From Marsupella aquatica (lineage: Eukaryota; Plantae; Marchantiophyta): a stretch of DNA of 64,000 bases. Both the position numbers and the translations under genes were made by a program. This document shows positions 12,301 through 26,664 of this stretch, one piece after another. The DNA is taken from positions 9,881,832-9,945,831 of the forward strand of contig OZ316897.1 in NCBI GenBank assembly GCA_973895155.1, written 5' to 3'. The notes below the pieces were generated by a model that saw nothing but the letters and a program-made list of their open reading frames with translations, was not told the DNA's origin and made no database searches. The number at the start of each line of letters is the position of its first letter. The first letter of the stretch is position 1.

Positions 12301-15300
12301 TTAACTTAAAACCAGGAGCACCTGGTCAACCACAGCCAGGGTTGCAGGGGCAGTTGACTACATCTCAGGGATCCTCTGACCACATCAGCATGAATCGTGG
12401 GGGCATTTCTCTGGTACCTGGAGCCATATCAATTCCGCCAGTTCAAGCTCCTTCTTCACCGTCTTCCAGTGCTCCTGCAACTCCGGCAACACCGTCAACC
12501 GTAACATCTGCGAATGAAAGTGGGGGTTTTATTGCAGACACAAAGCCGGGATCTGCATCATCTCTTCTTGGTAAAAGGGATGGTAAGGAGTTTGGAGCTA
12601 GGGCAGATGCGAAGAGGCAGAAACTAGAGCAAGTCAAATTAGAAAAATATCACCAGCAGCATCAAAAGGTTCAGCTGAAGCATGACGCCAAGCAATTAAA
12701 GGATCTGCAGCGTAAGCAGCAGCAACATTTCATCCAGCAGCGGAGTTTTGATTCCATTCCTCAAAAGCAGATTGGATCTCAAGAGACTGCTACACGTTCA
12801 GATTTGAAGGCTTATCGTCAGGTTGATCTGGATCAGCTAGATTCCAAGACAGCAGAGCTTGAAGTGAGCAAGCCAGGCCAAGAGACAGAGTTGATAAAGG
12901 CAGAAGAGCCAGACCAACTTGGACAAGAGTGGGATAAGGTAGATGCGGGTGCGAAGGTTGAATCTGTGATCCAAGACCAACTCTCGCACTCTGAGTTACT
13001 AGATGAAAACCCTCTTATGATGCGAGCGTTTCAGACTCGGCAATTTGGGATGCCTCTTCCAGGAACCGGGCAACCTCTGCAGTGGCAGCACCTAGGACAA
13101 GGGATGGACGCGAAGTCTGGTTTGAAATTGGAGAAGGATATGAAACCGGGAATGCAGTTGCCAGGTTTATTGAGATATGAGTCGTTGCCGTCCACGGGTC
13201 CATCCCTAGCTGGAGTACTCCCTGGGATTGGTATTGGCTCCATGGGTACCAGCAATTCAGGTGCTACTCCACCAGTGCCCACAATGTCCTCACCGGGTCC
13301 ACCAAAATCTCCTATGCAAGTAGGGACTCCTAGCTTTTCTTCTCCTGGAGGTATGGGACAATTGGATCCAATGTTACAATCACCGCAGTTCTCAGCGCTG
13401 AATGCGCAGGCAGTGCGCCGGCGTTCGAACTCTCTTCCCAAGATACACGCAGCACCGTCACCTAACAGCTTGTCGAACTCGATGCCTTCACCCATGGTGA
13501 ACAGTCCTTCCACAGGGAGTGGTGGACCGCTGTCCAGTCCAAATGTGAAAGGTGAGCCAGGTTTGTCAATCCAAGGTAGCACAGCTTCACAGCCAGGAGT
13601 GGGAACTAGCATTGTTCCGCATGGCCAAAAGAAGCCCACTGGTGATAACGAGGTAGCCTTGCGGCAAGCAGCTATGGTTGAAATTGCCCACAGGTACCAC
13701 ACGCTTTCTCATTTTTGTCTGACAAAGGTTCTAAATCAGTCCATTCCTTTCTTGCCATTCGATTTTCTCTGTTAGACATACTTCGACAAGGTGAGTTATT
13801 AGCGTTGAAGGTAGCTCAGAAGTGATGTGCATGTCACAAAATGGTCATTGGATGGGATGCTGATGGACAGCGAGTTTTTCAAGGGGCATTTTGTGTTTGA
13901 CAATTCATATTCGTGTTTCTCCATGTGGGCATTTTCATGTCTACAGGTGGGGACTGTCAAAGGTTTATTCTGAACAGATAACTTTGAATGGTTTTACAGG
14001 ATGAAACCAAATTCCTCGAAGAAGAGTTTACTCGACAAGAACCTTCCTCCGCCAAATAAAAACCCGCCATCATTTCAACTGCTTGCTGTCGCATTATCAA
14101 ACAACACTTCCGATGATTACAGAGAAGCGAAAGGTCATCGGAGCATGGCTAACTCTCTTGTTGGTGGTAATATAAATGCGCGCAAGACTCGCTATCTACA
14201 ATTTCTGAAAGTCGATCAAATACCTCAAGGTTGGTTCGGGACCGGCGTGGTTTCTTCTTCGTCCCTTGCTTTCAACAGCTACCGTGAAGCTTTCGGAGAC
14301 CGTCTAGGCTTTGTTGGCAGGAACGGTGTTGACTTTGATGTATGTAGAAAGTTTGATTGGTAGATGGTAGGGCTCAGTCGTTAGAGCGAATCGCACGAGA
14401 AGGGCCATGAGAGCGTGGAAGGTGTTCTGCAGTATTAGAGTTGAACCTGCTGGTTGTGTGTCTCGTCGACAAGAAGGAATGGAGCAAACCGATGCTTTAA
14501 CTGGGTCCACATTTCCTACCATGTTTTCATTTGCAGGCCACGGTATGCCTCTTCAGCAACTTCGCTCCAGAACTCGTCTTGTCTTGTGTGGACGTGGAAA
14601 AGATACGATGGTAGAAGCAGTGGTTCAAATGGGTGATGAACACGATGACGACGGACTAGCACCTCCACATCATGTCCTCCCTACGATGGCCAATCCTGTA
14701 AGTTCAGTTGGCCTGTGCTTCCTCCAGGTTCGGGTTGGAAGTTTTCGTAATTCTCACCGCGTTTGGAATATCTGTGCCTCCAGACAAAATCTCGCTTACC
14801 TTACTTCGCGGTTGAAGATCTCTGAAGGCACTTGTGCCTATTGTGATTAAAGACTGGACATAGTCATGCTTTTCTGAAGCTCTGCTTAACATTTGAGATT
14901 GCTGTTCTATTTTTATTGCAGGAGAAGGCCGATCAGTTCGCCACACAGTATGCAAAGCTGGTGAGTTTTCGATTCTTCTCGTGATATAGCTGAGTTCCAG
15001 AGCTGTCAGTTAACGGATATCTTCTCTAACAGAATCTTGGTTCATGTCAAATACTGATGTTGGAAATTTGAAATGGTAATTGTGTTCAAATTGGTGGCAG
15101 ATGGAGAAAGAGGGTTGGGACCTAGTTGAAGATCAGGTTCAGGCAGCCATGCCACGCGGGGTTTCAGCTATGACTAATGCAGCATCCACTGCGCGCCCAA
15201 TGCCCGCCGGAGCAACTACTTTAGGGAACACTATTGCCCACCCAGGAACATCGCCAAGAATGCCCATAAACCAGCAGCATATGCCTGGCGTACCTGCTCC

Positions 15301-15655
15301 AGGAATTTCACCCTTAAACCCAATGCAGCCGCCTTCTCCAAATGCACTGGCAGCTGCCCGCATGCCACCACCTGCTAACTCTACCCGCCAATTGATAGGG
15401 AACCACTTAGGACAAAGTGTAGCTGGCAAGCCAATGCAAATGGATGTCGTTGTCTCACAATTAACTGTCGCTCAGCAGCAACAACAACAACAACAACAAC
15501 AACAACAGCAACAGCATCAACATCAACAGCAGCAGCAGCAACAACAACAACAACAGCAACAACAGCAACAACAGCAACAGCAACAACATCAACTACAGCA
15601 TCAGCAACATCAGCTTCAACTGCAACAGCAGCAACAACAGCAACAACAGCATCAG

Positions 15656-15691
<36 letters not shown>

Positions 15692-16675
15692 AGTCAGAGG
15701 CCACAACAGATTCACGGTTCACAGCTGGTTGCACAGCTCGCAGCTCACAGTAATAGCCAGCAAATGAGTCATGCAGCAAATCAGATGCAAATGCAGTTCT
15801 TACAACGGCATCAACAACAGCAGCAGCAGCAGCAACAATTGCAGCAAAATATCAGCCTGCGAAAAATGATGCTCCCGAGCAACACGAACAGCTTAGGCAT
15901 GGGCATGAACGGTGGGAATAATTTGAGCGGCATGAACGGGGTGGGCTTACCTGTTAGTGGTGGGTCAAATGGTATTGGTATTTCAAATATTCCAGGGTTG
16001 GGTCAAATGACAGGCATGACAAATTCCATGGGAGGTATGCCTGGCCTTGCCAACATGGGCCAGCTGTCTGGTATGTCTAATATGGGTCCAGCAGGTGGGG
16101 TTGGAAGTATGATGGGTCAACAGCTTCGCCCTGGAATGATGAACAATGCCCAGCAGACGGCTGCTGCCGCTGCTATTTCAAGAAAATTGGCTGTTACTAG
16201 AAATCGCACAGCTGGGACTGGCAACTCTCCTGTGCGCAGTGCAATGGATAGTCTACCAATGGCCGGGGCAAATCAAATGCATGGAACTTCAGGACTGCCC
16301 CTGATGGGACAAGCAATGGCAAGACCTGGGATGCAAGCTATGCAACGTACTCCCGTCCCTGGTATGGGACTACAGAAAGTGGGAACTCCTGTCATGCAAG
16401 CAGGAGCTAATGGCCAAGGCTATTATCTTAGTCAGCAGCAATTGAACGCACAACAGATGGCCACAGGGGGTCTAGCAAACCTTGTAGGTGGTCCGTCAAG
16501 TCCTCAAATTGGCACGCAAGGATTAGGGTCTGGTCCTGGGCTGACAAGTTCAGGTCTTCAAAATGTATCTCGAGCCGGTACATTGGCCGCTGTAACTGCA
16601 GCCGGACGGGGTCAAGTTCGGCCGATGCTTCCTCCACAAGCACAGACAGGACAACCAGGGCAATCTTCTCAGTAA
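9306..16675 (+). CDS. PHL: Spt20-domain protein, PHYTOCHROME-DEPENDENT LATE-FLOWERING-like (SAGA-associated), with a Q/M/G-rich C-terminus
   Basis: N-terminus MVTFKISKVG and spliced motifs SFAVNLFLDGFSI, LYPYDR..FLR|AIDGGWLPGDLLEDIPCTYVDGCVVCE|LRDYR and EVEAKIL..QPPLCLDPTP. Frame-consistent exons: 9306-9599, 10238-10301, 10478-10542, 10753-10833, 11134-11214, 11383-11565, 11867-11965, 12132-13693, 14000-14229, 14537-14697, 14922-14960 and 15101-16675. Confidence 0.88.
15473..15691 (+). repeat. CAA/CAG polyglutamine tract (73 codons, interrupted by His/Leu)
   Basis: Read directly from the sequence. A second, shorter Q run lies at about 15812-15846. Confidence 0.97.
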
Positions 16676-18399
16676 TGGTATCAGGACTTACTTGTAAATA
16701 CAGTAGGGGGCAATCAGGTTGCAAAGCTGAACATATTTTTTAGAAATATGGAAGTATTCAGCTTTCTGTTTGTACATTAGTTTTTGAGCCCTTTGAACTG
16801 TGGCGCTCGCGTGGAGATACTAAACCTGGATTTGTCAATCCGAACAGGTCCTTCCTTTGGGCACGTATCATGGACTAGAGCATTTTATTTGCTTGAAATG
16901 TTTTACCAAGGAGACTCTTCATTTCCAGTCACGGACAAGGACGTCTCTAACTGATTGCAGAGATGCACTCCAAGTTTGATCTGGGTTTTCTACATGTCTC
17001 GGTCTTCGGTTCTTGGACTCTGCTTGGAAACTTTACAAATAAGTCTCATCATTTCTCAACCCAGTCGCGGACAAGGACCTTGCCAGCTGACTTCAAGGAA
17101 GCACTCCAAGTTTGATCTGGGTTTTCTCCTCATTCGGTCTTTGGATCTGCTCAACAAATTTAATTTTGCTTCTGTTTCTTCGGGTGAGTTATTTCTTTAG
17201 TCAAGAATATCTGAACACGTGACCCCTGTTTCAAAGCGGTTCCAGAAAGCTATTGAGCGACCGATTTTGCAAATATTTTTGAACGAGGGCATGGCACGTA
17301 CTTCAACAGGGAAGGGGCAACCTTTGGCCCAACCATATTTTAACTCTATGGAGTCTGCAGAGACTAAATGGTATGATGAAAAATCTTCCCATGTTGCAGT
17401 CTATAATCAGTTGCAGGCAACATTCACTTGAAACGCCAACTGGAAGCAACAGGAAACTTAGTCCAAATATGACTTCGATGTACTTCTCCCGTATCCATTG
17501 GGAGCAGCCGGGCGTTAGGATTTGCATACGTACGTTACATACGCAACGCCCATGGATTACCTGTGCATGAGTAAACGATTGAACGCCTAAACACGACTGA
17601 AAGGAGCAGAAATGGCCAATAGATTCAAACCTTTAATGAACAGAAACCTTTTTGTTTGGTTTGGAAGCATGTTCAGGATAATGGCTGGCAAACTCTTGCC
17701 AATTACAGTTTGTTCTCTCGTTCAGCGCCTTCTCGCTGTGCATCAGCGAAGCTTTTAAGCTGGGAGCAAAAACGCCTGGCTCAAGGGAGCCCCCAGAGGG
17801 CGAAAATTCATGAAACGGCTGCTGATCTCTAGCTCGGGTCCTGCCCCTGCCGTGAATCTTAGTACTTGCAAATAGGATCTGAGGAAAAGCCGTTTGTAGC
17901 CTGCCTGGGCTTCTGGGTTTGTGGATTCTTTAAGCGGACGTTCAGAGCAGATTTTATCCTGAAAATCTTAGATGGGCTTTGCCGCCTGGCCACGGATTTC
18001 TTTAGATTTCCGTTTCTCAAGAGAACGTTTCCCAGATTCTAAACTGGGTGGTCCTGTTTCCGCGTATTGTAGACACCCACTCTATTTTATGTCTGAATGA
18101 AGGTTCTAATTATTTGGCAGTTGGGAGCTTGATTGCTCTTACTCGTCGTCGAAGTCGGTATAGTCTGCCTGAGCCTTTCGTCTCCTCGACCAGCAGCTCT
18201 GCCATCGGTGCAATCCACATCTCCTTTCTACTTACTTGCTGACCTGCAACCACAGGCAGCCTGTCATCAAGCTACCATTCTGTTAGCGAGCCATTTGGTG
18301 GCCAGTTGTTTCGGCAAAGGGGACCTAATTAATCAAGCTGAATTCACCAGACATTGGCAGTGCAGAATTGCTCACCCGATCGTGGAGAGAAGCGTAGCA

Positions 18400-19340
18400 A
18401 AGGCTTTCGAGGAGTTGTAGCTTGTATCTCAGATAGTCTTGTGTTCCTCTTCCTCCTGGGCCATTGTTTAGGAGGGCCCTGACTCTCGAAGTTGTTCTTT
18501 TCGATCAACCGGCAGGCCGAATGCCGTGAGCAAAACTAGGATGCAGCAGAAGAGACTGATGGCTCTTTGTCGAGGACAAAGCTGTGCCACGATGACCTTG
18601 TTCATGTCTGAGACCAAGCTAACTGCAAGACTTCTAAATTGTTGCACCGCTGCGTGATTGAGAGGAGCATGTCGCACCCTTCCTCTTTGTATGTACGAAA
18701 AGCTTCAGATTCACCAGTTAATTCTCCACGAAGGCGCCAAGGTCATTTTAGTGCACACTGACTGGACAATCTCTCCTAAAATTTAGGGCCGGGCAACTCT
18801 ACCATCTGTGACATTACCTGTACCCAATTACGGAAGCGAGAAAGGCGGAGTTAAGCTTCACATCTCAGTCCTACATAGTAATCCGCATGAAGGCCCGATT
18901 GAAAGAATTTTGGTCACCGATGAACTTGTGATTTTATCTATTGCCCAATTCGTGAGACGAATACGAAGGGTGTTCAAGAGTGACTATCTGCGCTGACAAT
19001 CAATTGACCATCAGTTTACCAAGTTTCTAGTGTGACTTATGCGTGACCTTCTTCTTCGACATGAACGAGAGAGTTCAGAGGTTTGGAGTACAGTAATTTA
19101 GACGCGATATCAACCTTTGTGGGTCTTGTTAGAAATTTGCACCAAGCATACAGCTCCGAGCCTTCTTGCATGAACGAAGACGGTGTCAAATGACGACGTT
19201 GGCAAGACTCACAAAAAGAGGGCATGAGGCAGGAATTCCTCGTTTGCTTTTGCGTTGCAAATGCTTCGGACAAAATAGTTCATTGAAGAGGTTCTCTAAA
19301 ATGCACCTTGGAAGATTTCTCAGCAGAAATTGAAAGCGAT
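18400..19340 (-). pseudogene. Possible decayed F-box/LRR gene remnant
   Basis: Minus-strand fragments LRNLPRCILENLFNEL (F-box-like) and LLSITQRCNNLEVLQL (FBXL-type LRR-like), broken by stops. Confidence 0.3.
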
Positions 19341-20493
19341 TTGTACTAGTCCGCAAGTGGCCATTCGTCATGTGGCCAGTTGCTGCTCGGGTGGTGACAC
19401 GCGGGAGCAAGAAAGGAGAGGATTTTCCGCGCCCTCTTCCTTCCTCCTGCAAAGACGGAAGCTGTTAGAGAACCCAGCTTGCACAATGAGCGGCCCTCCC
19501 GGGAACCCGTTGGTTGCATGCTTTCTGATCGGTTTCACAATTTTGGACACCATGTAAAAAGTAACCATTCACAGTGAACGCCATCGTCATTTACAGATTC
19601 GCCTCCATTTGCTAGATCATGCCTAACTCCCTTCCGAGTGGTAAGAATGAGAGAACGAATCTCTTTCACATGAGAACTTACAAAAGGGCAAAGAGAGAAA
19701 TTGGAGAAAGAGAAAGAGAAGTTGGACTAGAAAGTCAGTTGAAACCCTGCCGGAGGATGCCGTCTCCAGATTGTTAGGAAGCAAAGGAAAGACGGTTGAT
19801 TTCATTTCCACTTTTACACTGTCGTGACAAATTGCTGAGACGAGAGTGCTATCGGAGGAGCTGCCTGGGAAGTGTCGAGAGCGTCTCTGGCTCCTCGCCT
19901 ATGTCGGTCATTATGAGACTTCAAACTGAAGTAGTGAGAGGCTGGAGTAAAGCAAATCCTCTCCTTGGATCCATGGACACATGAATTTTCCTTTACCCCT
20001 ATGCATTTGTAAGCAGCTGACAGCCATCTCGAGGATTTTCCTCGAGTGATAGAGACTGCTTTAGCTGCTCTTTGCAACAGGCACAGAAGCGAACTGCTCA
20101 TTTATACAAGACATGGGAAGCAAACTAATAGCAGAGATGTTGAGTAATCGTCTCTTCTCGACTTTACCCCACTGATATACTCCGCAATTTCCTTTGCATT
20201 ATCTCAGTCAGCCCGGCCATTTTCAGTTCTGCGTCTTTGTCGTGGAGGTTCTCTTCAATCCGGGAAAATAGAGAGACTTGGAGTGGAATGAACAATCGCT
20301 CCTTCGATCTCCTGATAGTCAACAGGTTCATGTGTCATTTGTGAGCCGGTGAATCTTGTGGGCAAACTTTTATTGAATATCATTCATGTACCCTATTTCT
20401 GGGGTTGAATTGAGTTGATCAAGATAAGCGTGTCGAGTACAGGTGGACCACCAGTGCCATTACGAAGAAGCCCATCAACAGCAGGGAGGAGAA

Positions 20494-23400
20494 ATGCCAA
20501 AACTAAGGTTTGGTTGCTGTGAGCCGAGATTTCTTTTGAATCTAGTAACGTTTCTCGTAGGCATATATTTTGTGCCATTCACAATGGCAGTCAACCGAAG
20601 GCATATGTTCCCAGAGAGCGATTCTTATCAACAGCGTATTGCAGAGGCTACAGCAGCAGAGCCAGTAGCAGTGTCTGATTTGGGGGATTCTTTTATTCCA
20701 GCCCTGCAGGTGGAGAGCTTGGGAGAAGTGTCTTTTCCCAAGTACGTGATGTGTTCCCATGCATGTGTCCACCTGCCAGTGAATATCACAGGGGCTTGTG
20801 AAGCTTGTTTGAGTAAAGATCGCCGTGGAAGTTTTTATGTAATGGCAAAGTGGCAACTTAGTGCTGATGTTCTCATTGCACTGGCCTATTTTTCAATTCC
20901 TGTCGAGCTTCTATACTTCATATATAAGACAAGGGTATAGACTGAACTCTTGTTGTCACATTTTCTTTCCGGGTATAGCTTTGAATGATTCCAATTGGTA
21001 TTAAACTGGAAAGCTAAGAAGATAGAGAAGTATGTTCAGGGTGTATCATATATCTGGCTGGTCTTTTTGCTCCTCAAGCACCTCTAATATTTTTAGATTT
21101 ATTGGTGATCTGACGGTAGAAGACACAGGAATCTAACTTTCTGCTACCTGGTGATCGGTACAGCCTTGTAGTGCTTATTATTTCCTGCCAATTGTGTTAA
21201 GGACATTGTCTGTTGGCGTTCCAGGTATTCCCTTACAAGTGGGTCGTTGTTCAATTTAGTTCGTTCATAGTCCTCTGTGGTCTGACTCATCTCAACGGTA
21301 TATGGACGTTCACTGCTAACTCCAGAGCATCTCTAGCAACAATGACGTTTTTCAAGGTCATTACAGCAACAATTTCATGTGCAACCGCTGTCACGATGCT
21401 CTGGGTGCTTCCCGAACTTTTGTCTGTAAAGACAAGAGAGCTTGATCTCACAGAGAAGGTACGTTGGGCGACGTATATGCCTTCGTGAAACAAGAAGAGA
21501 GAAACCGGTTTCATAGCGATCTCATATTCACAACACAGATAAGAATAGCTGCGTGAGAGAGTTTAAGCAAGGATAGTCTGTCAAAATAACTTTAAATGGG
21601 CCGCTTTTTCAATAATGAATGAGTTAAATGAATTGAATTCAAAGTTCTGTCAAATGACCAGTTATGCGTCAAATGGCCATGGATGGAGTTGTGGCTCTTG
21701 ATTTTTACTGGCTTCAATCAAGAGAGCTCTTCTGGCCATCTTTCTACCATCCCGTTTGAAGTGAATAACTAGGAGGACTGACGATTCCTAGTAGAGGATT
21801 GAGATCAGAAATAACTAAGACCTAGAGCGAGACTGGCGAACTTGGGTCTTCATATGTGATTGGTAAGAATCTGTATTTTTGTGGTACTGTAGTGAAAATA
21901 AAAAAATCTCTTCGTGATGTTGCCTTTTCCTGTAGACGGCAGAGTTAGGGAAGGAAGTTGGAAAGATAAAGAAGCAGGAAGAGATTGGAAGACATATACA
22001 GATGTTGACTCAAGAAATTCGTAGCACACTTGATCGCCATACGATACTTCACACAACCCTGGTGGAGTTGGCTCGAACTCTTAACCTGCAAGACACAGGA
22101 ATTTGGATGCCCAATGTGAAACTTAGAACCATGGAGCTCACACACGCAGTCGATTCCCACGTCCTGCCAGCACCTTACGCTATTGTCTCCATGGATGACG
22201 AAACAATTCAAACAGTGTGTTCCAATCTTTACTTCACTTTTCCAGATAAATTGCAATTGACATGACATACTAAAACTACTAATCCCGTACAACTTGGCAA
22301 GTTTTTCTTTTATGGGTTGGTTTCTGTCACGTGAAAGAATTTTACTTGACGACCCGAACCGACAATCCACAGATTTGCTGGCTTGTGACAGGTCTTCAAC
22401 AGTACAGGCGCTATAGTCATCCCTATAGCCAGTGATCTTGCAAGGCTCACGTGCTCTAGATCATTCACAGAGATGTTTGAGGGTCATGTAGCTGCAGTGA
22501 GGCTTCCTTTGTTAACTACGACTGACTTCAATAGAGACAGCATCAGCTTAGACGGGGTCGTGAATTCTGAGGGATTTCAGGCCCTTCTAGTTCTTGCTCT
22601 TCCAAGCAACGATGACAGGCAATGGGGCGTGTACGAACTGGATCTTGTCAATTCTGTTGTTACTCAGGTAAGTCCTGCTTTGGGTAAAGAGGAAGATTAT
22701 TAATGACAAACGAAAAAATAGAAGCTGAACGTCGACGTGGGTTTTAGCTAATGCACATGTTTGAGTAGAATCCCAGAATAAAGAGACCAACAGATCTAAC
22801 GGAAATTCCTTGCCATCACTGCACTTCATTATGAAAATATGAAAAAGTAGCAGGCCTGGTTTCGCCCGCATAGTTGAAAATATGGCAAGATAGCAAACAG
22901 TTTCCATCTTTAAATTGAGAACAAAAGATGCTGCTTCTTTCAATTTAACTATGGAATCTACTTCCGACTCTCCACGTCAACCGGACTTCTCAAGTTGATC
23001 TGGTGCTTTGGGCAGTTCAGCGCACAAAAAAAACCAGCCAAACCTCTTGTTTTCTAGCTGGATGAACTATTGACACAAACATAGGTACTCTCAAACATTG
23101 TGTCACTATTTTAATAGTATATCAGGGCATGGGACACAGATTACAAATTAGAAGACTGCGGAAAAAGCAATCAAAGGCTAGACATAGAGAATAGGGGCGA
23201 CATGCAACCTGCTTCTGTCGCTTCTATCGGTCAGGGACTAATCAGTTCCTACTAAATCCGCTGAAATTCAGGTAGCTGTCGCTTTGTCTCATGCAACTGT
23301 CTTGGAGGAGTCCATGCGCACAAGCGACCAGCTCCTTTCTCAAAATGCGGAACTGCAACAAGCCAGGCTGGAGGTAGAGCAGGCCATGGCTACAAGAAAC

Positions 23401-26400
23401 GAGTTTCTTGCAGTCATGAATCATGAGATGCGGACACCAATGCATGCAATCATAGCCTTATCGTCACTACTGTTGGATTCTGGATTAACTGCAGACCAGA
23501 GGGCAATGGTGGAGACTCTAAATAGGAGCAGTGGCCTCCTACAAACATTAATTGATGATTTTTTGGATTTCTCAAAGCTTGAAATAGGCAAACTGGCTTT
23601 GGATCCGGACTATTTTGAGTTTTCACTTCTATGCAAAGAAGCTGAGAACATTTTAAGGCCCATGGCTCTCAGTAAAAAACTAGATTTTCGGTGGGTAATT
23701 ACGAATGTCCCAAGGAAGATTTTAGCGGACAGCAAGCGCATCCTCCAAATTCTTCTTAACGTGGTAAGACTGTCCGCTCCAGCTCGCTCTTCTCTAAGAA
23801 GCATAGGGCTACATGGTATTCAGAAGATTAGAAATCTTCAGTTTTGTGAAATTTTCAGAGTATCAAAATTTTCAGCATTATGCTTCACCAAAATTGAGTC
23901 ATTTTGGTTTGCTTGATGAGGAAATAAGGGAATACCACTGATAGCATGTGGAGCAAAAAAGTGCGGAGGAAACCTTTTCCAGGAATTTTGTCTGATCATT
24001 CAACAGTGTCTTGGAGCAGATTGGAAATGCAATAAAATTCACAACGACAGGCCATGTACACGTGTCAGCATATATGGGTGAAAACGAAGACGCTCAGTCA
24101 TCTGTTACCGAGGGTTCAGCTCCTGCAGCAAAAAGACGACCCTTGAAAGTCAAATACAAATTTCTTCACATTGACGTTGAAGATACAGGTGTTGGGATCA
24201 CCGCAAGCAACATCAGCCGCCTGTTTAACAAATTCGTTCAAGCTGATAGCAGTACTACCCGAATGTTCGGCGGAACGGGTCTTGGTTTGGCAATTTGTAA
24301 GAAGTTTGTGGAGGTCAGTGGTAGAAAATTTTGACTAGATATTTTACACCTATCTAGAGCTGAAATTGGGGTTCACAAGGGAACTCGTGGATAACGGCAA
24401 TACTTGAAAAGCTGTAAAAATGAACTTCTGCAGTAATCATATGATGAAATGTGAAGTTTTCTGTTATCCGGTGGAAGATTGAAGTTTGTATAAAGTTTGA
24501 TGCAAAATGCCAATGGTGCTCTCTTTTACGTGTCAGGCCAATATGTTAGAAGCTCACGTCTCTCTCAATTGGATCTGACAGCTTTGCACGCCCGGGTGCT
24601 GTGGGCATAAGCAAGAAAATAAAATAAACGTAACGCTAGTTCGCGATGCACCCATCTTGAAAGGCTTAAAATTAACATATTTCCATTGTACCAGTTGATG
24701 AGTGGCACGATCACTCTAGAAAGTGCAGGGGTTGGCCTAGGGAGCACATGCAGTATCCGAATGCGCGTTGGTGTTGTCGATGAAGTTGCTGGGGAATGCA
24801 CTCCACCAGATGGCACCAAGAAGCCCAAAGAACCACAGTTGCCGAAAGTTAACGTTCGTCTCTAAAACCTGACGCAACTTTCCTTTCTGACTATCCTGTA
24901 AGAAAGATTCAGCCAAGTACTTGTTCTAATTTGAAGAAGACAATGTGAAGCTAGTTGTGAATCCGGGTTTTGAGAAGCAGTAATTTTGTATTGAAATTGT
25001 AAAAGGGGATTCATTCAAAACTTTGATGAATCAAACGAGATTATAAGCCATATTTTCGTAACTGAAGGAAAAGTGATGCATTAGCAAAACAACAGGTGTG
25101 GCCCGCAAAGGGGGTCGACACCTAGGGGGACCAAAGGTTGCAGTGCCCAATTGAATGGCTTTTTGAATGAATTTCAATAGATTTTTTCGAGGAAAAAAAC
25201 CGTGATGCGTTAGATAAGAAGGACAAGAAGCCTGAGCTATAGCAATGCGATTCTCCCTTGATACGTAGATGATTTGCAGTGGTTTTCATTGTTCTCTACT
25301 GATGATCCTGATGACTGTACAATGACGCTCAAGACAGTTTTGCACATCAATTGTGGATGAATTTGTTGCCTTGTAGGTACTTGTTGTGGATGATAATGCA
25401 ATCAATAGGATGGTGACTGGTCGTTTGCTGCAATCACTAGGATGCAAGACTCTGGTCTTGGAATCAGGAAGGGAGTGCATTGAGCAATTAGCAAAGAAAG
25501 GGCCAGCGGCATTTGATATCCTTCTCCTTGACTTGTGTATGCCTGAGGTGGGCAATTCAATCTCTGTTCTCTACATATGCGCATGTTTATCACAAGGCTG
25601 AGTTTAAAAATGGAGCATGGAATGGTGAACACATTCCGTTGTCTTGAAATGTATGATGGTGATAATTCTTAAATTCCCCTCCAAGAACTGGAAGCTTGAT
25701 AATAAGCTTGACTACTAAATCTGGCGCTGCACGGAACACTCTGCACTCTCGTGCCCCTTGAACTTTGGGAAACACAGCACAATAGGAATAATCGCATAGA
25801 GCGTCACATCTTTTTAGACTATTTGCCTCGTGTACAAGGTAGTGAATTTGTATCCCAATTCTGGATAGCCATTGATGCAACTCAAAAATGGGAAGAGAGG
25901 ACAACGTGCCCTTCTTATCCTGACGTGAGAATTCGATTGAACCTAATGGTGGTCTCAAATCATCAGATTAAAATAACTAAGAGATGACCTGTTTCCTCTG
26001 TTAGTGTTCTCTTATAGTCGGCCAATCTTTCCCAATCCATAGTCTGACAAATGTTTTTTAGTGTAGTTCACCAGGTGAAAGATGAGGAGATGCATATTAG
26101 ACCGGCATGTATTATGATCATGATGCAGTTCTTTCATCAATCTTCTCCCAATAGAGTCTTCCTAATTATCAGTGCAATAATTGCTCATCTGTCCCTGTTT
26201 TCTTGGTGTTAATGACCGCCATCTTATTGAGGTGATTGTAAACGAAGCGGTGGGGTGTCTTAGATGGGACTCACTTGAGCCCTTGAGCTTATTAAACGGG
26301 GCTTACAGCAGCAAAAGCTTTCATGGCATTCTGACCAACTTTGATTTGACCTGTACATTCATCGTGGTTTGTTTTCTCAGCTTTACTGCAATGAACTTGA

Positions 26401-26664
26401 TTTTGTGGTGTTGTGGTACAGATGGATGGATTCACGGTGGCATCAGAGATCATTAAAACCTATGGGCAAACAGAACGCCCCTTGATCGCGGCACTAACGG
26501 CTACTGCAGATGTCAGGACACGAGAAAAAGTCTTTGAAGTGGGAATGGATACTATACTTTTGAAGCCAATCACAGCTGATAAACTACGGGAAGAACTTAC
26601 AAAATTGCTGCAACTTACAGGAGAGACAGTCACCGAGGAAGGGGAGTCGAGTGGAACTCTTTGA
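20494..26664 (+). CDS. ETR: Ethylene receptor, hybrid histidine kinase (ethylene-binding TM domain, GAF, HisKA, HATPase, receiver)
   Basis: Motifs DVLIALAYFSIP, FIVLCGLTHL, MLTQEIRSTLDRHTIL, MNHEMRTPMH, GNAIKFT, DTGVGI, GTGLGLAIC, VVDDNAINR, LDLCMPE|MDG and LLKPI. Exons: 20494-20934, 21225-21458, 21936-22214, 22392-22667, 23272-23763, 24020-24313, 24695-approx.24850, 25377-25547 and 26422-26664. Confidence 0.95.

Noticed and set aside
13947-13962. Candidate 16-nt micro-exon in PHL
   Set aside because: Including it throws the next exon out of frame, whereas direct splicing from 13693 to 14000 keeps the frame.
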